Shown here in pieces: positions 19,485 to 29,697 of a stretch of DNA of 64,000 nt (within the stretch, counting starts at the first letter, position 1; the number at the start of each line of letters is the position of its first letter). The notes beneath the pieces are model-generated. The model saw only the letters and a program-made list of their open reading frames with translations, did not search any database and was not told the origin of the DNA. The position numbers were made by a program, and so were the translations under genes. The stretch is taken from assembly GCA_015488325.1 (NCBI GenBank), contig WFOA01000028.1, positions 38,309 to 102,308 on the forward strand. Direction: 5' to 3'. Source of the stretch: Acidimicrobiia bacterium. Its GTDB lineage: Bacteria > Actinomycetota > Acidimicrobiia > Spongiisociales > ZC4RG35.

Positions 19485-19958
19485 TCACTGCCGTTCGAGC
19501 ACGTAGCGGATCCGTTCCGGGGTCTCCACCAACAGCTCCGGGTCCACCTCCGCCAGGACCGTCGCGCCCGGAGGTTTCTCGTGGGCGGCTTCCTCCAGCC
19601 AGCGGCGTCGCCGTTCGACGAGCCGGGGGGAGTCCGAGCCGTAGCCGAGCAACGCCAACGCCGCCTCCCGGTCCTCCGGGGTGGGAGCACGGCCGAAATG
19701 TGAGGCGCGGGCGATCATCAGGGCTGCGACGACCTCCTCCAGCTCGGGGCGGTCTTCGGGGAGGCCTTCTTCTCGGATCACCCGGTACGCCCACCCGGCG
19801 TCCGGCCCGGGATGCCCAAACAGGGGCCCGTCGGGCTGTTCCTCGGGGGAGGTGACGACACCGGGCCGGGTCGGCCGCCAGCGGCGGGGTGGGTCCGGCT
19901 GCGGTTCGGGCCGTGGACGGTCGGCGACGCTCGGCTCGAGGTTGGGTTCCTGGCCCAT
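19485..19958 (-). CDS. hypothetical protein (Pro-rich N-terminus)
   Basis: 157-aa ORF packed between ilvE and the FAH gene on the same strand. No domain recognised. Confidence 0.4.
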   Translation of the reverse strand: MGQEPNLEPSVADRPRPEPQPDPPRRWRPTRPGVVTSPEEQPDGPLFGHPGPDAGWAYRVIREEGLPEDRPELEEVVAALMIARASHFGRAPTPEDREAALALLGYGSDSPRLVERRRRWLEEAAHEKPPGATVLAEVDPELLVETPERIRYVLERQ

Positions 19959-19966
19959 CGACCCTC

Positions 19967-20881
19967 CTAGACGTACTCCAGCCAGTGACGGTACGCGGCG
20001 AGCTTCCCGGTGACGGTGTCGGCGAACAGCTCTTGGGCTCGACGGGTGACCGGACCGGGCTCCCCTTTGCCGATGGTGCGGTCGTCCACCTCCCTGATCG
20101 GCGTCACCTCGGCGGCGGTGCCGGTGAAGAACACCTCGTCGGCCCCCAACAGGTCTCCGCGGGTGATCGAACGTTCCCGGACTTCGATGCCGTCGTCGCC
20201 GAGCAGTTTCGTCACCGACGCCCGGGTGATGCCGTCGAGGATCCCGGCGCCGACCGGTGGGGTGGAGACGACGCCGTCGCGGACCACGAAGATGTTCTCA
20301 CCGGACCCTTCGGAGACGATGCCGTCCTCGGTGAGCATCACCGCCTCGTCGTATCCGGTCCGCAGGGCCTCCTGTTTGGCGAGGATCGAGTTGAGGTACT
20401 GGCCGGTCCCTTTGGCGACGGGCACGAAACTCGACTGGGAGATCCGCCGCCACGACGAGATCCGGACGCGGATACCGTGACGTACCCCTTCGTCACCGAG
20501 GTATGCGCCCCAGCGCCAGGCGGCGACAACGGTCTGCACTTCGCAGGGTGACGGGTCGAGAGCCATGCCGCCGTACCCGTAGAACACGATGGGACGGATG
20601 TAGGCCGACTCCAGTTCGTTGACCCGCACGACCTCCTTGCAGGCCGCTACGAGGGCGTCGACGGAATGGGTCATCGGGATGCCGTAGGCACCGGCGGATC
20701 GGTGCAGGCGCTCGATGTGGTCGGTGAGACGGAAGACGGCGGTTCCTTCGGGCGTCTCGTAGGCCCTGATCCCCTCGAACACCCCCGACCCGTAGTGGAG
20801 GGCGTGGGAGAGGACGTGGACTTTGGCGTCGGCCCAGGGGACCATCTCGCCGTCCATCCAGATGTAGCTCGCGGCGTCCAT
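19967..20881 (-). CDS. ilvE: branched-chain amino acid aminotransferase (class IV)
   Basis: 304 aa, ...VFEGIRAYETPEGTAVFRLTDHIERL... fold-type IV PLP enzyme. Confidence 0.85.
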   Translation of the reverse strand: MDAASYIWMDGEMVPWADAKVHVLSHALHYGSGVFEGIRAYETPEGTAVFRLTDHIERLHRSAGAYGIPMTHSVDALVAACKEVVRVNELESAYIRPIVFYGYGGMALDPSPCEVQTVVAAWRWGAYLGDEGVRHGIRVRISSWRRISQSSFVPVAKGTGQYLNSILAKQEALRTGYDEAVMLTEDGIVSEGSGENIFVVRDGVVSTPPVGAGILDGITRASVTKLLGDDGIEVRERSITRGDLLGADEVFFTGTAAEVTPIREVDDRTIGKGEPGPVTRRAQELFADTVTGKLAAYRHWLEYV

Positions 20882-20928
20882 GGCGCCAGGCTAGCCAGCG
20901 ACGGACCAGGCCCGGCCCACAGACACCG

Positions 20929-21375
20929 TCAACGGTCCGCAGCGACCCGGCAGTCCTCGCATACGCCCCGGAAGATGACCTGGGCCTCGTCGATCTCACC
21001 GACCGCTACGTCGGGACGCAGACACGGTTTGTGGCCTTCCATGCAGGGGACGTCGATGATCGTCCCGCAGCGTCGACACACGAAGTGGTGGTGCCAGACG
21101 TCGGCGATCTCGTAGACGGCCCGGCCCGGTCCGTGGTCGGCGACCATCACCAGGCCCGCAGCCACCACGTCGCCGAGCACCTTGTAGACGGTCCCCCGGG
21201 TGAGGGGCATGCCCCGGCGACGGAGCGCCTCCACCACGTCGTCGGCGGAGCAGTGGCCCTGCTGACCGTCGAGGGTCTCGAGCACCAGGAGGCGAGGACG
21301 CGTCACCCGGAGGCCCGCGGCACGTAGCCGGCCCTCCCAGGTGTCTCGTTCGATGTCGGTGCGGCTTGCCACCAC
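20929..21375 (-). CDS. Fur-family transcriptional regulator (Fur/Zur/PerR-like)
   Basis: 148 aa with HHHFVCRRCG and a C-terminal CEDC metal site. Confidence 0.8.
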   Translation of the reverse strand: MVASRTDIERDTWEGRLRAAGLRVTRPRLLVLETLDGQQGHCSADDVVEALRRRGMPLTRGTVYKVLGDVVAAGLVMVADHGPGRAVYEIADVWHHHFVCRRCGTIIDVPCMEGHKPCLRPDVAVGEIDEAQVIFRGVCEDCRVAADR

Positions 21376-21476
21376 CGGTCTTCCGTCTCCTCGCCGTCGC
21401 TCGGTCGCGCCCCAATCCCCCGACTCAGGTTAGAGGGCGGCGGCGAATGTCAACGATTTCGTCGGCCCGAGACGGG

Positions 21477-23360
21477 TCACGAAACCAGGTGGGTCCGGTG
21501 CCATGCGAGGATCGCCTCGAACCGTTCGAGGCGGTGCCGGGGCTTGCCCGACCGGCTCAGCTCATGACCTTCGTCGGGGAACCGGATCATCTCGACCTCG
21601 GTTCCGTTGCGAACCAACGCAGTGAAAAGCTGTTCGGCCTGTTCGATCGGGCACCGGAAGTCGTTCTCGGAGTGGACGATGAGGGTGGGTGTGGTGATCC
21701 GGTGGGCGACCGACAGCGGCGACTTCTCCCACCACCGTTCCCAGCCGTCCGGATACCCCACCTGCAGGTAGTGGTCTGGGAAGGTCGTCCCGATGTCGGC
21801 CGTACCGGCGAAGGAGGGGAACGACAGCAGCGCCCGTTCCACCACCGCCGAGGAGAACCGCCCTTCGTGGGCGATCAGCCAGGCGGTGAGGAACCCCCCA
21901 TACGACCCTCCCATCACCCCGATGCGTTCCGGGTCGAGCCGGGGGAACCGTTCGAGGGCTTCGTCGATCACCCGGTCGACGTCGTCCCGGTCGACCTGTC
22001 CCCAGCCGTCCCCCACCACGGCCCGGAGGAAGTCCTCACCCCGTCCGCTCGAACCCCGGGGGTTGCAGGCAACCACCCCGAAGCCTGCGCCGGCGTAGAC
22101 CTGGAACTCGTCGAAGAAGCCGAACCCGTATTGGGAGGCGGGGCCGCCGTGGATGTTGACGAGAACCGGGACCCGGTCGTCGCCGGGTGGGAGGCACACC
22201 CAGGCGTCGATGTCGACCCCGTCGGAGACCACCCGGAAATGTTCCGGTCGGACGAAGTCCACGCCTCCGGTACCGAACGAGGTGAGCGGGGTCTCCGCCC
22301 CGTCGATCCGGTACAGCTCCCCCGGCATGGTCGCCTCGGAGATGGTCGCCACCGTCACGCCTTCACGGTGGTCGAACCCGGTGACGACCCGTTCGCCGTC
22401 GACGACCAGGTCGGTCGTCCCGTCGGGTCGTACACGGATCAGGCCGAACCGCCCGGCGTCTTCCAGTCCGGTGTAGGCGACGTCTCCGTCCCATTCGACC
22501 CTCGGTGGGCCAGCAGCCAGAGAGATGAGGCTCCGGTCGAGATGGCCGGTGAGGTTGGTCCAGTCGTCGCCGTCCCGCCGCCACAGGCCGTGCAGCCGGG
22601 GCCAGTCGCTGGTGCCGGTACCGACGAGGTGGAGCACCCCGTCGGGTCGGTAGGTGGGGAGCGCCCAATAGGCGCGGGGGGCGACTTCGGTGGCACCGCC
22701 ACCGTCGACGGGGACCTCCCACACCTGGGTTCCGGAGGCGATCTGGCGTTCGTCCCGGTCGGACAGGTAGGCGAGGCGGGTCCCGTCCGGTGACCAGGCG
22801 AAGGCTTCGACGTGGAACGGGCCCGGTGTCAGGTCGACGGGTTCCTCCTCGCCCTCGGGGTCGACGATCCAAAGGTGGGCGAGCCGGTCGTGCAGCCATC
22901 CCTGGTTGTCGAACCGGTACCGGTGACGGACGATCCGTCTGGGTCGGCGTCTCCGCTCGTCGTCGTCGAGGTCTTCCCATCCGGGCGCCCAGCTGACGGC
23001 GATCACCGCCAAGCGGGTGCCGTCGGGGGACCATTCGACCTGTCTGACTCCGAGGTCGAAGGACGTCACCGTCTCCGGCTCCCCGCCGTCGGATGCCATG
23101 ACCGCCACCTGGGCACCCTGGTCGTCGGCGGCTTTGCGGAGGAAGGCCAGTCGGGTGCCGTCCGGCGCCCAGCGCGGCGACGTGTCGCCGGGGCCTGCGG
23201 TGAACCTGCGGACGGCGTCACCGTCCCACAGGTGGATCGAACGGTGATAGCGGTCGGCTTCGAACTCCATCCGTGAGACGACGAACGCCACCCGGTGTCC
23301 GTCGGGATGTAGACGGGGGTCGGAAGGGATACGGAGGCGTTCCAGGTCGGCCGGCTGCAC
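21477..23360 (-). CDS. S9-family serine peptidase (prolyl oligopeptidase/acylaminoacyl-peptidase type) with N-terminal beta-propeller
   Basis: 627 aa. Repeated WSPDG/WAPDG propeller motifs, catalytic GGSYGG, and a C-terminal D/H. Confidence 0.85.
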   Translation of the reverse strand: MQPADLERLRIPSDPRLHPDGHRVAFVVSRMEFEADRYHRSIHLWDGDAVRRFTAGPGDTSPRWAPDGTRLAFLRKAADDQGAQVAVMASDGGEPETVTSFDLGVRQVEWSPDGTRLAVIAVSWAPGWEDLDDDERRRRPRRIVRHRYRFDNQGWLHDRLAHLWIVDPEGEEEPVDLTPGPFHVEAFAWSPDGTRLAYLSDRDERQIASGTQVWEVPVDGGGATEVAPRAYWALPTYRPDGVLHLVGTGTSDWPRLHGLWRRDGDDWTNLTGHLDRSLISLAAGPPRVEWDGDVAYTGLEDAGRFGLIRVRPDGTTDLVVDGERVVTGFDHREGVTVATISEATMPGELYRIDGAETPLTSFGTGGVDFVRPEHFRVVSDGVDIDAWVCLPPGDDRVPVLVNIHGGPASQYGFGFFDEFQVYAGAGFGVVACNPRGSSGRGEDFLRAVVGDGWGQVDRDDVDRVIDEALERFPRLDPERIGVMGGSYGGFLTAWLIAHEGRFSSAVVERALLSFPSFAGTADIGTTFPDHYLQVGYPDGWERWWEKSPLSVAHRITTPTLIVHSENDFRCPIEQAEQLFTALVRNGTEVEMIRFPDEGHELSRSGKPRHRLERFEAILAWHRTHLVS

Positions 23361-23425
23361 TCGGTGGCTCCTTTCGTCCGGGCGAATGTAGTGAACCTCC
23401 CCGGCCTTCTCCTACCCTCCGACGG

Positions 23426-23881
23426 ATGCGCCGTTTCGTCGCCTCCTGGTTCGGGACCGGGCTGGTGCTCCGCCGGCTCCGCGGGTCCGATGCCGGGTCG
23501 GGCACCCTGGGTTCGGTGGCCGCCTTTGCCGTGGCCCTCGCCGTCGGCGTCGCCGGCTGGCAGGCCCAGCTCGCCGCCGCCGTCGTGGTCGCGGCCGTCT
23601 CGGTGTGGGCGTCCCGCCCCTTCGCCACCGAACATGCCGACCCCGGATGGGTGGTTGTGGACGAGGCGGCGGGAACCTTCGTCGCCACGGTGGGGCTGGC
23701 ATGGCCGGCGGCGATCGTCGCCTGGACGGTGTTCCGGGTCGCCGACATCGACAAACGCCATTTCCCCGGGGTCGCCTCCGCCGAGCGGCTGCCCGGGGGT
23801 TGGGGCGTCACCGCCGACGACCTGATGGCGGGCCTCTACGGGCTGGCCGCGGGCTGGATCGTTCAGGCGCTCGTCGGCTGA
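23426..23881 (+). CDS. pgpA: phosphatidylglycerophosphatase A
   Basis: Internal ATG of track ORF 23273..23881. MRRFVASWFGTGLVLRRLRGSDAGSGTLGSVAAFAVA matches the PgpA family. Confidence 0.75.
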   Translation: MRRFVASWFGTGLVLRRLRGSDAGSGTLGSVAAFAVALAVGVAGWQAQLAAAVVVAAVSVWASRPFATEHADPGWVVVDEAAGTFVATVGLAWPAAIVAWTVFRVADIDKRHFPGVASAERLPGGWGVTADDLMAGLYGLAAGWIVQALVG

Positions 23882-24041
23882 GGAGCCTCGAGCAGCCACG
23901 CCTGGTCCCGCCATCGGGGGAAAGACGGCATCTGGTCGAGTTGGAACGATCTAGGCTGAGCATGAGAGGGCCGGCGACCTCACGTCCGGCCCCCTCCCCC
24001 GAACCTTCCCACCGCCGATGTTCCTCCAGCCCCGGCCACCG

Positions 24042-24617
24042 ATGCTGACGACCCTCCTCGCGTTCGTGGTGGCCTGTGCGGGCACATCGGCGATCCCGAC
24101 GCCGTCGCCCGTCTCGCCGTCACCGACACCGGCTTCGGTCACGACCCGACCGGCCGGCGTCGAGGCGCTCCTGCCGCCACCACTGGACCAGCGGCCGTTC
24201 GGCGCGGAGGACCCTCCCACCTTCGCCGAATACGAACGGGCCGTCCTGGCCACCGTGTCGTGCATCGAACAGCTGGGGTTCCAGGTGGTGGGTCCGTACC
24301 TCAACTCCCAGTCCGAGAACTTCTGGGCCCCGATCCCCGGGATCCCGGCCGATCGGTCGTACGTGTACGCCGTCGCCGACGGCCCCTCCTCGGCCGGGGT
24401 CGGTCTTACGTCCGACCGCGCCGCCGATCTGTGCGCAGAACGCTTCCTCGACCCTGTGGAGCCGTTCTATGTGGCGAGCGTGAGCGAGGCCGACATCCAG
24501 GCCTGGTATGAGGAGTTCCGGCGATGCCTCATGGACCGCGGCTATCCAGATGCGGCCGAGTTGAGCGGCCCGGAGCTCTACGAACGGGACGACTGGCCCG
24601 TGGGTTGCCTTCCCTGA
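24042..24617 (+). CDS. hypothetical lipoprotein
   Basis: MLTTLLAFVVACAGTSA has a lipobox (VVAC), followed by a Pro/Ser-rich linker. Confidence 0.45.
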   Translation: MLTTLLAFVVACAGTSAIPTPSPVSPSPTPASVTTRPAGVEALLPPPLDQRPFGAEDPPTFAEYERAVLATVSCIEQLGFQVVGPYLNSQSENFWAPIPGIPADRSYVYAVADGPSSAGVGLTSDRAADLCAERFLDPVEPFYVASVSEADIQAWYEEFRRCLMDRGYPDAAELSGPELYERDDWPVGCLP

Positions 24618-24621
24618 GCCT

Positions 24622-26202
24622 TCAAGGCAGCTCGATGAACACCGCCGATTCGACCCCGTCGAGGGACCGGAGCTCGTCCACCTGGTCGAGGGTGAGGGGC
24701 TGGTCGAGGTTGAGCCCCATCATCGCCGCCTCCCCGGTGACCCGGGAACGGCCCACCACCATGTTGGCGATGTTGATCTGGAGGTTCCCGAGCAGGGTCC
24801 CCACCCGTCCGATCACGCCGGGGACGTCGGCGTTGCGGATCAGCAGCAGATAGCGGGAGAACGGCAGCTCCACCTCGTGGGCGAGGATCTCGACGAGCAT
24901 CGGGCCTTTCCGTCCCAACGTTCCCGCCAACACCACCTCCTCCCCCGCCACTTCGCCCGACACCCGAAGCTGGGAGACGTATTCGATGCTCTCCTCGGAC
25001 GATTCGAGTTCGACACGGATCCCGCGGGCTTCGGCGATCGACGGGGCGTTGACGTAGGACACCGGCTCTTCGGAGCCGCCCTCCAACGCCCCTTTGAGCA
25101 GCGCCAGCTTGAGGGGCCGCACCGGATTCCCGGCGAGTCGTCCTTCCGCCCGCAAGGTGAGCACCTGGGGGAGACCCCTGGCGAAGGCGGCGAACACCCG
25201 ACCGAGATGTTCCGCCACCGGCAGGTAGGCGCGGACTTCGTCGGGGACGTCGGGACCGAGGTCGATGTTGACCGCTGACATGACCAGTTCGCCGGCCAGG
25301 GCCGCCTTCACCGCCTCGGCGACGTGGATCCCCGCCTTGTCCTGGGCTTCGGCCGTCGACGCCCCCAGGTGGGGGGTGAGGACGACCTGGGGGAACTCGA
25401 AGAGGGGGCTGTCGGTGAGGGGCTCGTTGGCGAACACGTCGAGGGCGGCACCGGCCACCCGCCCCGAACGGATCGCCTCCGCCAACGCCTCCTCGTCGAC
25501 GATGCCGCCTCGAGAAGCGTTCACGATCCGAACACCCGGCTTGACCTTGGCGAAGGTCTCGGCACCGAACAGCCCTTCGGTGTCGGTCGTCTTGGGGAGG
25601 TGGATGGTGATGAAGTCGGCTTCGGCGAGGAGCCGGTCGAAGTCGGTCAGTTCGACCCCGAGACGGCGGGCTCGTTCCTCACCCACGTACGGGTCGTAGG
25701 CGACGAGCCGCATCCCGAAGGCGAGGGCTCGTTGGGCGACCAGGGTGCCGATACGCCCCAACCCCACCACCCCGAGGGTCTTGCCGTGCAGCTCCACCCC
25801 TTTGAAGCTCTTGCGGTCCCAGATCCCGGCCCGCAACGTGGCATCGGCACGAGGGATGTTGCGGGCTTGGGCCAACATGAGGGCGATGGTGTGCTCGGCG
25901 GCGGAGATGGTGTTGGCATGGGGGGCGTTGACGACGAGGACGCCCCGTTCGGTGGCGGCGTCCAGGTCGATGTTGTCCACCCCGATCCCTGCACGTCCGA
26001 TCACCCGCAGACGTGGGGCCGACTCGATCATCTCCCGGTCGACCTTGGTGGCGCTGCGGACGATGAGCGCGTCCGCCTCCTGGAGGAGTCCGACCAGTTC
26101 CTCCCGTGCCGCGCCGACGGCCTGCACCACCTCGCAGGACTCCTCCAACGTGGCGACCCCCGGTTCGGCGATGGGTTCGGCGACGACGACTCTCGGTTTC
26201 AT
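24622..26202 (-). CDS. serA: D-3-phosphoglycerate dehydrogenase
   Basis: Internal ATG (MKPRVVVAEPIAEPG...) gives 526 aa. NAD site GKTLGVVGLGRIG and a C-terminal ACT domain. Confidence 0.92.
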   Translation of the reverse strand: MKPRVVVAEPIAEPGVATLEESCEVVQAVGAAREELVGLLQEADALIVRSATKVDREMIESAPRLRVIGRAGIGVDNIDLDAATERGVLVVNAPHANTISAAEHTIALMLAQARNIPRADATLRAGIWDRKSFKGVELHGKTLGVVGLGRIGTLVAQRALAFGMRLVAYDPYVGEERARRLGVELTDFDRLLAEADFITIHLPKTTDTEGLFGAETFAKVKPGVRIVNASRGGIVDEEALAEAIRSGRVAGAALDVFANEPLTDSPLFEFPQVVLTPHLGASTAEAQDKAGIHVAEAVKAALAGELVMSAVNIDLGPDVPDEVRAYLPVAEHLGRVFAAFARGLPQVLTLRAEGRLAGNPVRPLKLALLKGALEGGSEEPVSYVNAPSIAEARGIRVELESSEESIEYVSQLRVSGEVAGEEVVLAGTLGRKGPMLVEILAHEVELPFSRYLLLIRNADVPGVIGRVGTLLGNLQINIANMVVGRSRVTGEAAMMGLNLDQPLTLDQVDELRSLDGVESAVFIELP

Positions 26203-26351
26203 GCCTGTTTGACGACGCTCATCATCCTGATTGTGCCGCGCCCGGACGGTTCGAGCCAAGACCGCCGACCCGGCACCGTGGGTTCGGGTCCCGGGAACGT
26301 GGACCGATGTCGCTCCGAGCCGATACCCTGGAGGCGAGGAGGAACCACGAC

Positions 26352-26792
26352 ATGACCTGGGACTTGAAATCGATCGTCGTCGCCGTCGACGGCTCCGACC
26401 AGAGCATCCGTGCTGCGCAGCGGGGTGTGGATCTGGCGAGGATGTCGGGCGCCAAGGTGACCGTCGTCACCGTCGTCCGGACCCCGGAGGGTTGGTGGGG
26501 CATCGACGGGGAGCCTCCCACCCCTGAAGCGCTGGCCGCCGCCCTCGCCGAAGGGCAGCGGCGAGTGCTCGCCCGGGTGATGGAACAGCTCGACACCGAC
26601 GGCGTCGAAGTGGAGACCGACGAAGAGCTGGGCGACCCGGCGACGATGATCATCGCCGTGTGCGAGGATCGCCAGGCCGACCTGGTGGTCGTCGGCCGCC
26701 GCGGCGCCGGCCTCGTGGAGCGTCTCATCATCGGTTCGGTGGCCGACCGCCTCGCCCACGACGCCCCCTGCCCGGTGATGATCGTCCCCTGA
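26352..26792 (+). CDS. universal stress protein (UspA family)
   Basis: MTWDLKSIVVAVDGSDQSIRAA...VVGRRGAGLVERLIIGSVADRLAHDAPCPVMIVP. AGGAGG SD upstream. Stop overlaps the next start (TGATG). Confidence 0.8.
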   Translation: MTWDLKSIVVAVDGSDQSIRAAQRGVDLARMSGAKVTVVTVVRTPEGWWGIDGEPPTPEALAAALAEGQRRVLARVMEQLDTDGVEVETDEELGDPATMIIAVCEDRQADLVVVGRRGAGLVERLIIGSVADRLAHDAPCPVMIVP

Positions 26793-27580
26793 TGGGCTGG
26801 GTCTTCGACGAAGACACCGACCTCGTCCCGACGGGGGCGGGGACGTGGACGGTGGACGTCTCGGACCGCTGGAACATCGGGCCCACCCCCAACGGCGGGT
26901 TCCTCATGACCTTGCTGATCCGCGCCGCAGCCGAGATGTCTCCGCAGCCCGACCCGTTGTCGGTGACCGCCCACTACCTGGGGAGGACCGACCCGGGCCC
27001 GGTGTCGATCCGGGCCGCCCTGGTGAAACCGGGGAGGAACTTCTCCACGGTGGAGGCGTCGCTCTTCCAGGGGGACCGGGAGCGTGTGCGCATGCTCGGC
27101 ACCTTCGGGGATCTCGGCCGCCAGCGGGGACCGACACGGATCGTGGCGACCCGACCCGAGCTGGGACCGGACGAGGGACTGGTACGCAACGACACCGACT
27201 CTTCGGTCGTGAAGATCGCCGACCGCTTCGACCTGCTGCTGCCGCCCGAACAGGCGGCGGGGGTCCTCGGCACCCCCACCGGCAACGCCCGAGTGACCGG
27301 CAAGGTGCGGTTCTCCGACGGTCGCCCCCCGGATCTGGTGTCCTTGGCGTTGTTCGCCGACGCCTTCCCCCCGACGGTCTTCCAGCTCGGGCACTACACG
27401 TGGATCCCGACGATCGAACTGACCGTCCATTTCCGGGCCAAACCCGCACCCGGGTGGCTGTGGTGCGACTTCCGCACCCGGTTCCTCATCGACGGGCTGA
27501 TGGAGGAGGACGGCGAGATCTGGGACGAGACGGGACGCCCCGTCGCCCTCTCTCGCCAGCTCGCCCGCGTGCCCGCCTGA
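26792..27580 (+). CDS. acyl-CoA thioesterase II-like (TesB/double hot-dog) protein
   Basis: 262 aa from internal ATG (MGWVFDEDTDLVPTGAGTWTVDVSDRWNIGPTPNGGFLM...). Translationally coupled to the Usp gene. Confidence 0.7.
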   Translation: MGWVFDEDTDLVPTGAGTWTVDVSDRWNIGPTPNGGFLMTLLIRAAAEMSPQPDPLSVTAHYLGRTDPGPVSIRAALVKPGRNFSTVEASLFQGDRERVRMLGTFGDLGRQRGPTRIVATRPELGPDEGLVRNDTDSSVVKIADRFDLLLPPEQAAGVLGTPTGNARVTGKVRFSDGRPPDLVSLALFADAFPPTVFQLGHYTWIPTIELTVHFRAKPAPGWLWCDFRTRFLIDGLMEEDGEIWDETGRPVALSRQLARVPA

Positions 27581-27597
27581 TCCGCCATACTGTCGGC

Positions 27598-28287
27598 GTG
27601 GGCGAGACGTTCTACGACTCGCAGGACCGCCGCGACGATCCGGATCGGGTCGCCAGCCGTCTCGACGCCCTCTCCATGCCCCTGGCCGAACGGGTGATCC
27701 GTCGCGCCATCGAGCTCGCCGCCGACACCCCCCGCTCCTCGACGCTGCGGCAACGGCTCCTCGCCCCCGACCAGGGGTCGAAACGGACGGTCGTCGACGG
27801 GAATCCCCGACAGGTGGCCCTCGCCGTCGACCGGTGGATGACCCGGCACGAAGGGATGCGTCCCCGGGCCCGGGACCGGTTCGGGACGACGTACGAGAAG
27901 GACCCGAACATCTTCACCTCCCTTCGGATGGGGTTGAAGCTGGGGCGGGGCACCGGCAGCCTCCGCGACCCGGGTTCGGTGACCGTTCGCCAGACCGACG
28001 TCGCCGAAGGGGTCCAACTCGTCGAACTGGAGGCCGACACCGCCATCGTCTCGAAGGTGGCCGCAGGGGTCGGGGGAGGTCTCGCGGTGGCCGGGCTGGT
28101 GGCGGGGGTGTTCTCCGCCCTGCAGCCGGGCGGCTCCGACGTGGCCCAGTTCGTCGCCCCTGCCCTCCCGGCACCGGCGGTGGGGGCGGGGACCACCGTC
28201 GCCATCGCCAAAGGGTGGCTGCACGCCATCGGCTCGGTGGTGGAACGGGCGATCGACGGGATCCGGTCTCCCGAACTGTGGAGGTGA
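27598..28287 (+). CDS. hypothetical protein (C-terminal Gly/Ala-rich hydrophobic segment)
   Basis: In-frame GTG 18 nt after the thioesterase stop. An alternative ATG is at 27676. No domain recognised. Confidence 0.4.
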   Translation: MGETFYDSQDRRDDPDRVASRLDALSMPLAERVIRRAIELAADTPRSSTLRQRLLAPDQGSKRTVVDGNPRQVALAVDRWMTRHEGMRPRARDRFGTTYEKDPNIFTSLRMGLKLGRGTGSLRDPGSVTVRQTDVAEGVQLVELEADTAIVSKVAAGVGGGLAVAGLVAGVFSALQPGGSDVAQFVAPALPAPAVGAGTTVAIAKGWLHAIGSVVERAIDGIRSPELWR

Positions 28288-28610
28288 GATCCTCCCCTCC
28301 CGCGGGCTGCACTCCCCGCATCCACGTGGCGGGTTTCACGAACACAATCGTGGACCGGTATCCGTCCACCACGTCCGGACGGGCGGCGGCGACGACGGCG
28401 CCTCGACGAAGAGCCGAGCTACGGGCACCACCGGCGAGACCGTCACCGGGGAAGGATCGCCACATCGATCGATGGCGAACGTCGGTTCGTATCAGATCTC
28501 TCCACAGAGACGACAACCAGGCAGTGGCGATCGTTGGCGATCCTGCATCCGTGGCAGATGTGGACGCATCCCACCGGCATCGGCCACCCCGCGACCGTCC
28601 CCGGCCCTCC

Positions 28611-29591
28611 TCAACGCAGCGCCGGGACGACCTCCCGGGCGAAGCGTTCCAGGCCCGAGGTGTCGTAGGCGGCCTCGGCGAAGTAGACGATGGCGTAGCC
28701 GAGTCCGGCGTCTGCCCACGGCCGGAGCCTGTGGACGAGTTGTTCGGGGGTGCCTGCCATCTGGCGGAACATCGCCTCGATCTGCGCCAGCCGGTCCCCC
28801 TCCACGAAGGGCCGGTAGTGGTCGACGATCCAGGCGATCCGGTCCTCCACCGCCGCCTCGGACTCCTCGCAGACGACGTTGAAGTTGGAGGAGCGAACGA
28901 TCCGGTCGAAGTCGGTGCCCACCTCCCGGCAGTGTCGGGCCAGCACCTCGGATTTACGCCGGAACTCCTCCAGGGTCGCCCCGAAGTTGGTGTAGTCGGC
29001 GTACCGGGCCGCCACCCGCAGCGTGAGCTGCTCTCCCCCACCGGCCACCCAGACGGGGATGTGGGGCTCCTGGATCGGCTTCGGCCGGCAGATCGCCCCG
29101 CCGAGGGTGTAGTGGCGGCCTTCGAAGCGGACTTCGTCTTCGGTCCACATCCTCTTCATGATCTGGACGGTCTCGTCCAGCATCCCGATCCGGACCGAAG
29201 GTCGGGGGAACTCGTACCCATAGCCGACGTATTCGTGTTCGTACCACCCCGCCCCGATCCCCATCTCCAACCTCCCACCGGAGATGACGTCGATGTCGGC
29301 GGCGACCTTCGCCAGGTAGGCGGGAGGCCGGTAGGCGGCGCAGGTGCACATCTGGCCGAGCCGCACCGTGTCGGTGGCGACGGCCAGAGCCGCCATGAGG
29401 GTCCAGGCCTCGTAGGTGACCTCCTGGGTGGGGACGGGGACGGTGTGGAAATGGTCGTAGACCCACAGAGACTCGTAGCCGGCCGACTCGATCGTCCGGG
29501 CGACGGTGGTCACCGTGTCCCACTGGTCGGCCACCGGAATCCCGACCAGGTCGAGCCGCCAGCCTTGGGGAACGAAACATCCGAAACGCAT
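28611..29591 (-). CDS. LLM-class (luciferase-like monooxygenase fold) F420-dependent oxidoreductase
   Basis: Internal ATG (MRFGCFVPQGW...) gives 326 aa. TIM-barrel LLM signatures are present. Divergent from cofC. Confidence 0.8.
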   Translation of the reverse strand: MRFGCFVPQGWRLDLVGIPVADQWDTVTTVARTIESAGYESLWVYDHFHTVPVPTQEVTYEAWTLMAALAVATDTVRLGQMCTCAAYRPPAYLAKVAADIDVISGGRLEMGIGAGWYEHEYVGYGYEFPRPSVRIGMLDETVQIMKRMWTEDEVRFEGRHYTLGGAICRPKPIQEPHIPVWVAGGGEQLTLRVAARYADYTNFGATLEEFRRKSEVLARHCREVGTDFDRIVRSSNFNVVCEESEAAVEDRIAWIVDHYRPFVEGDRLAQIEAMFRQMAGTPEQLVHRLRPWADAGLGYAIVYFAEAAYDTSGLERFAREVVPALR

Positions 29592-29697
29592 GCCTTCGAC
29601 GGTAGCGGCTCTCGTCCGGTGACCCATCGTCCGCGACGCCGCCCCGACGGAATCTTCGCTGCGCCGAGACGAGCCGCTCCGGTACCCTCCCGGGCCC

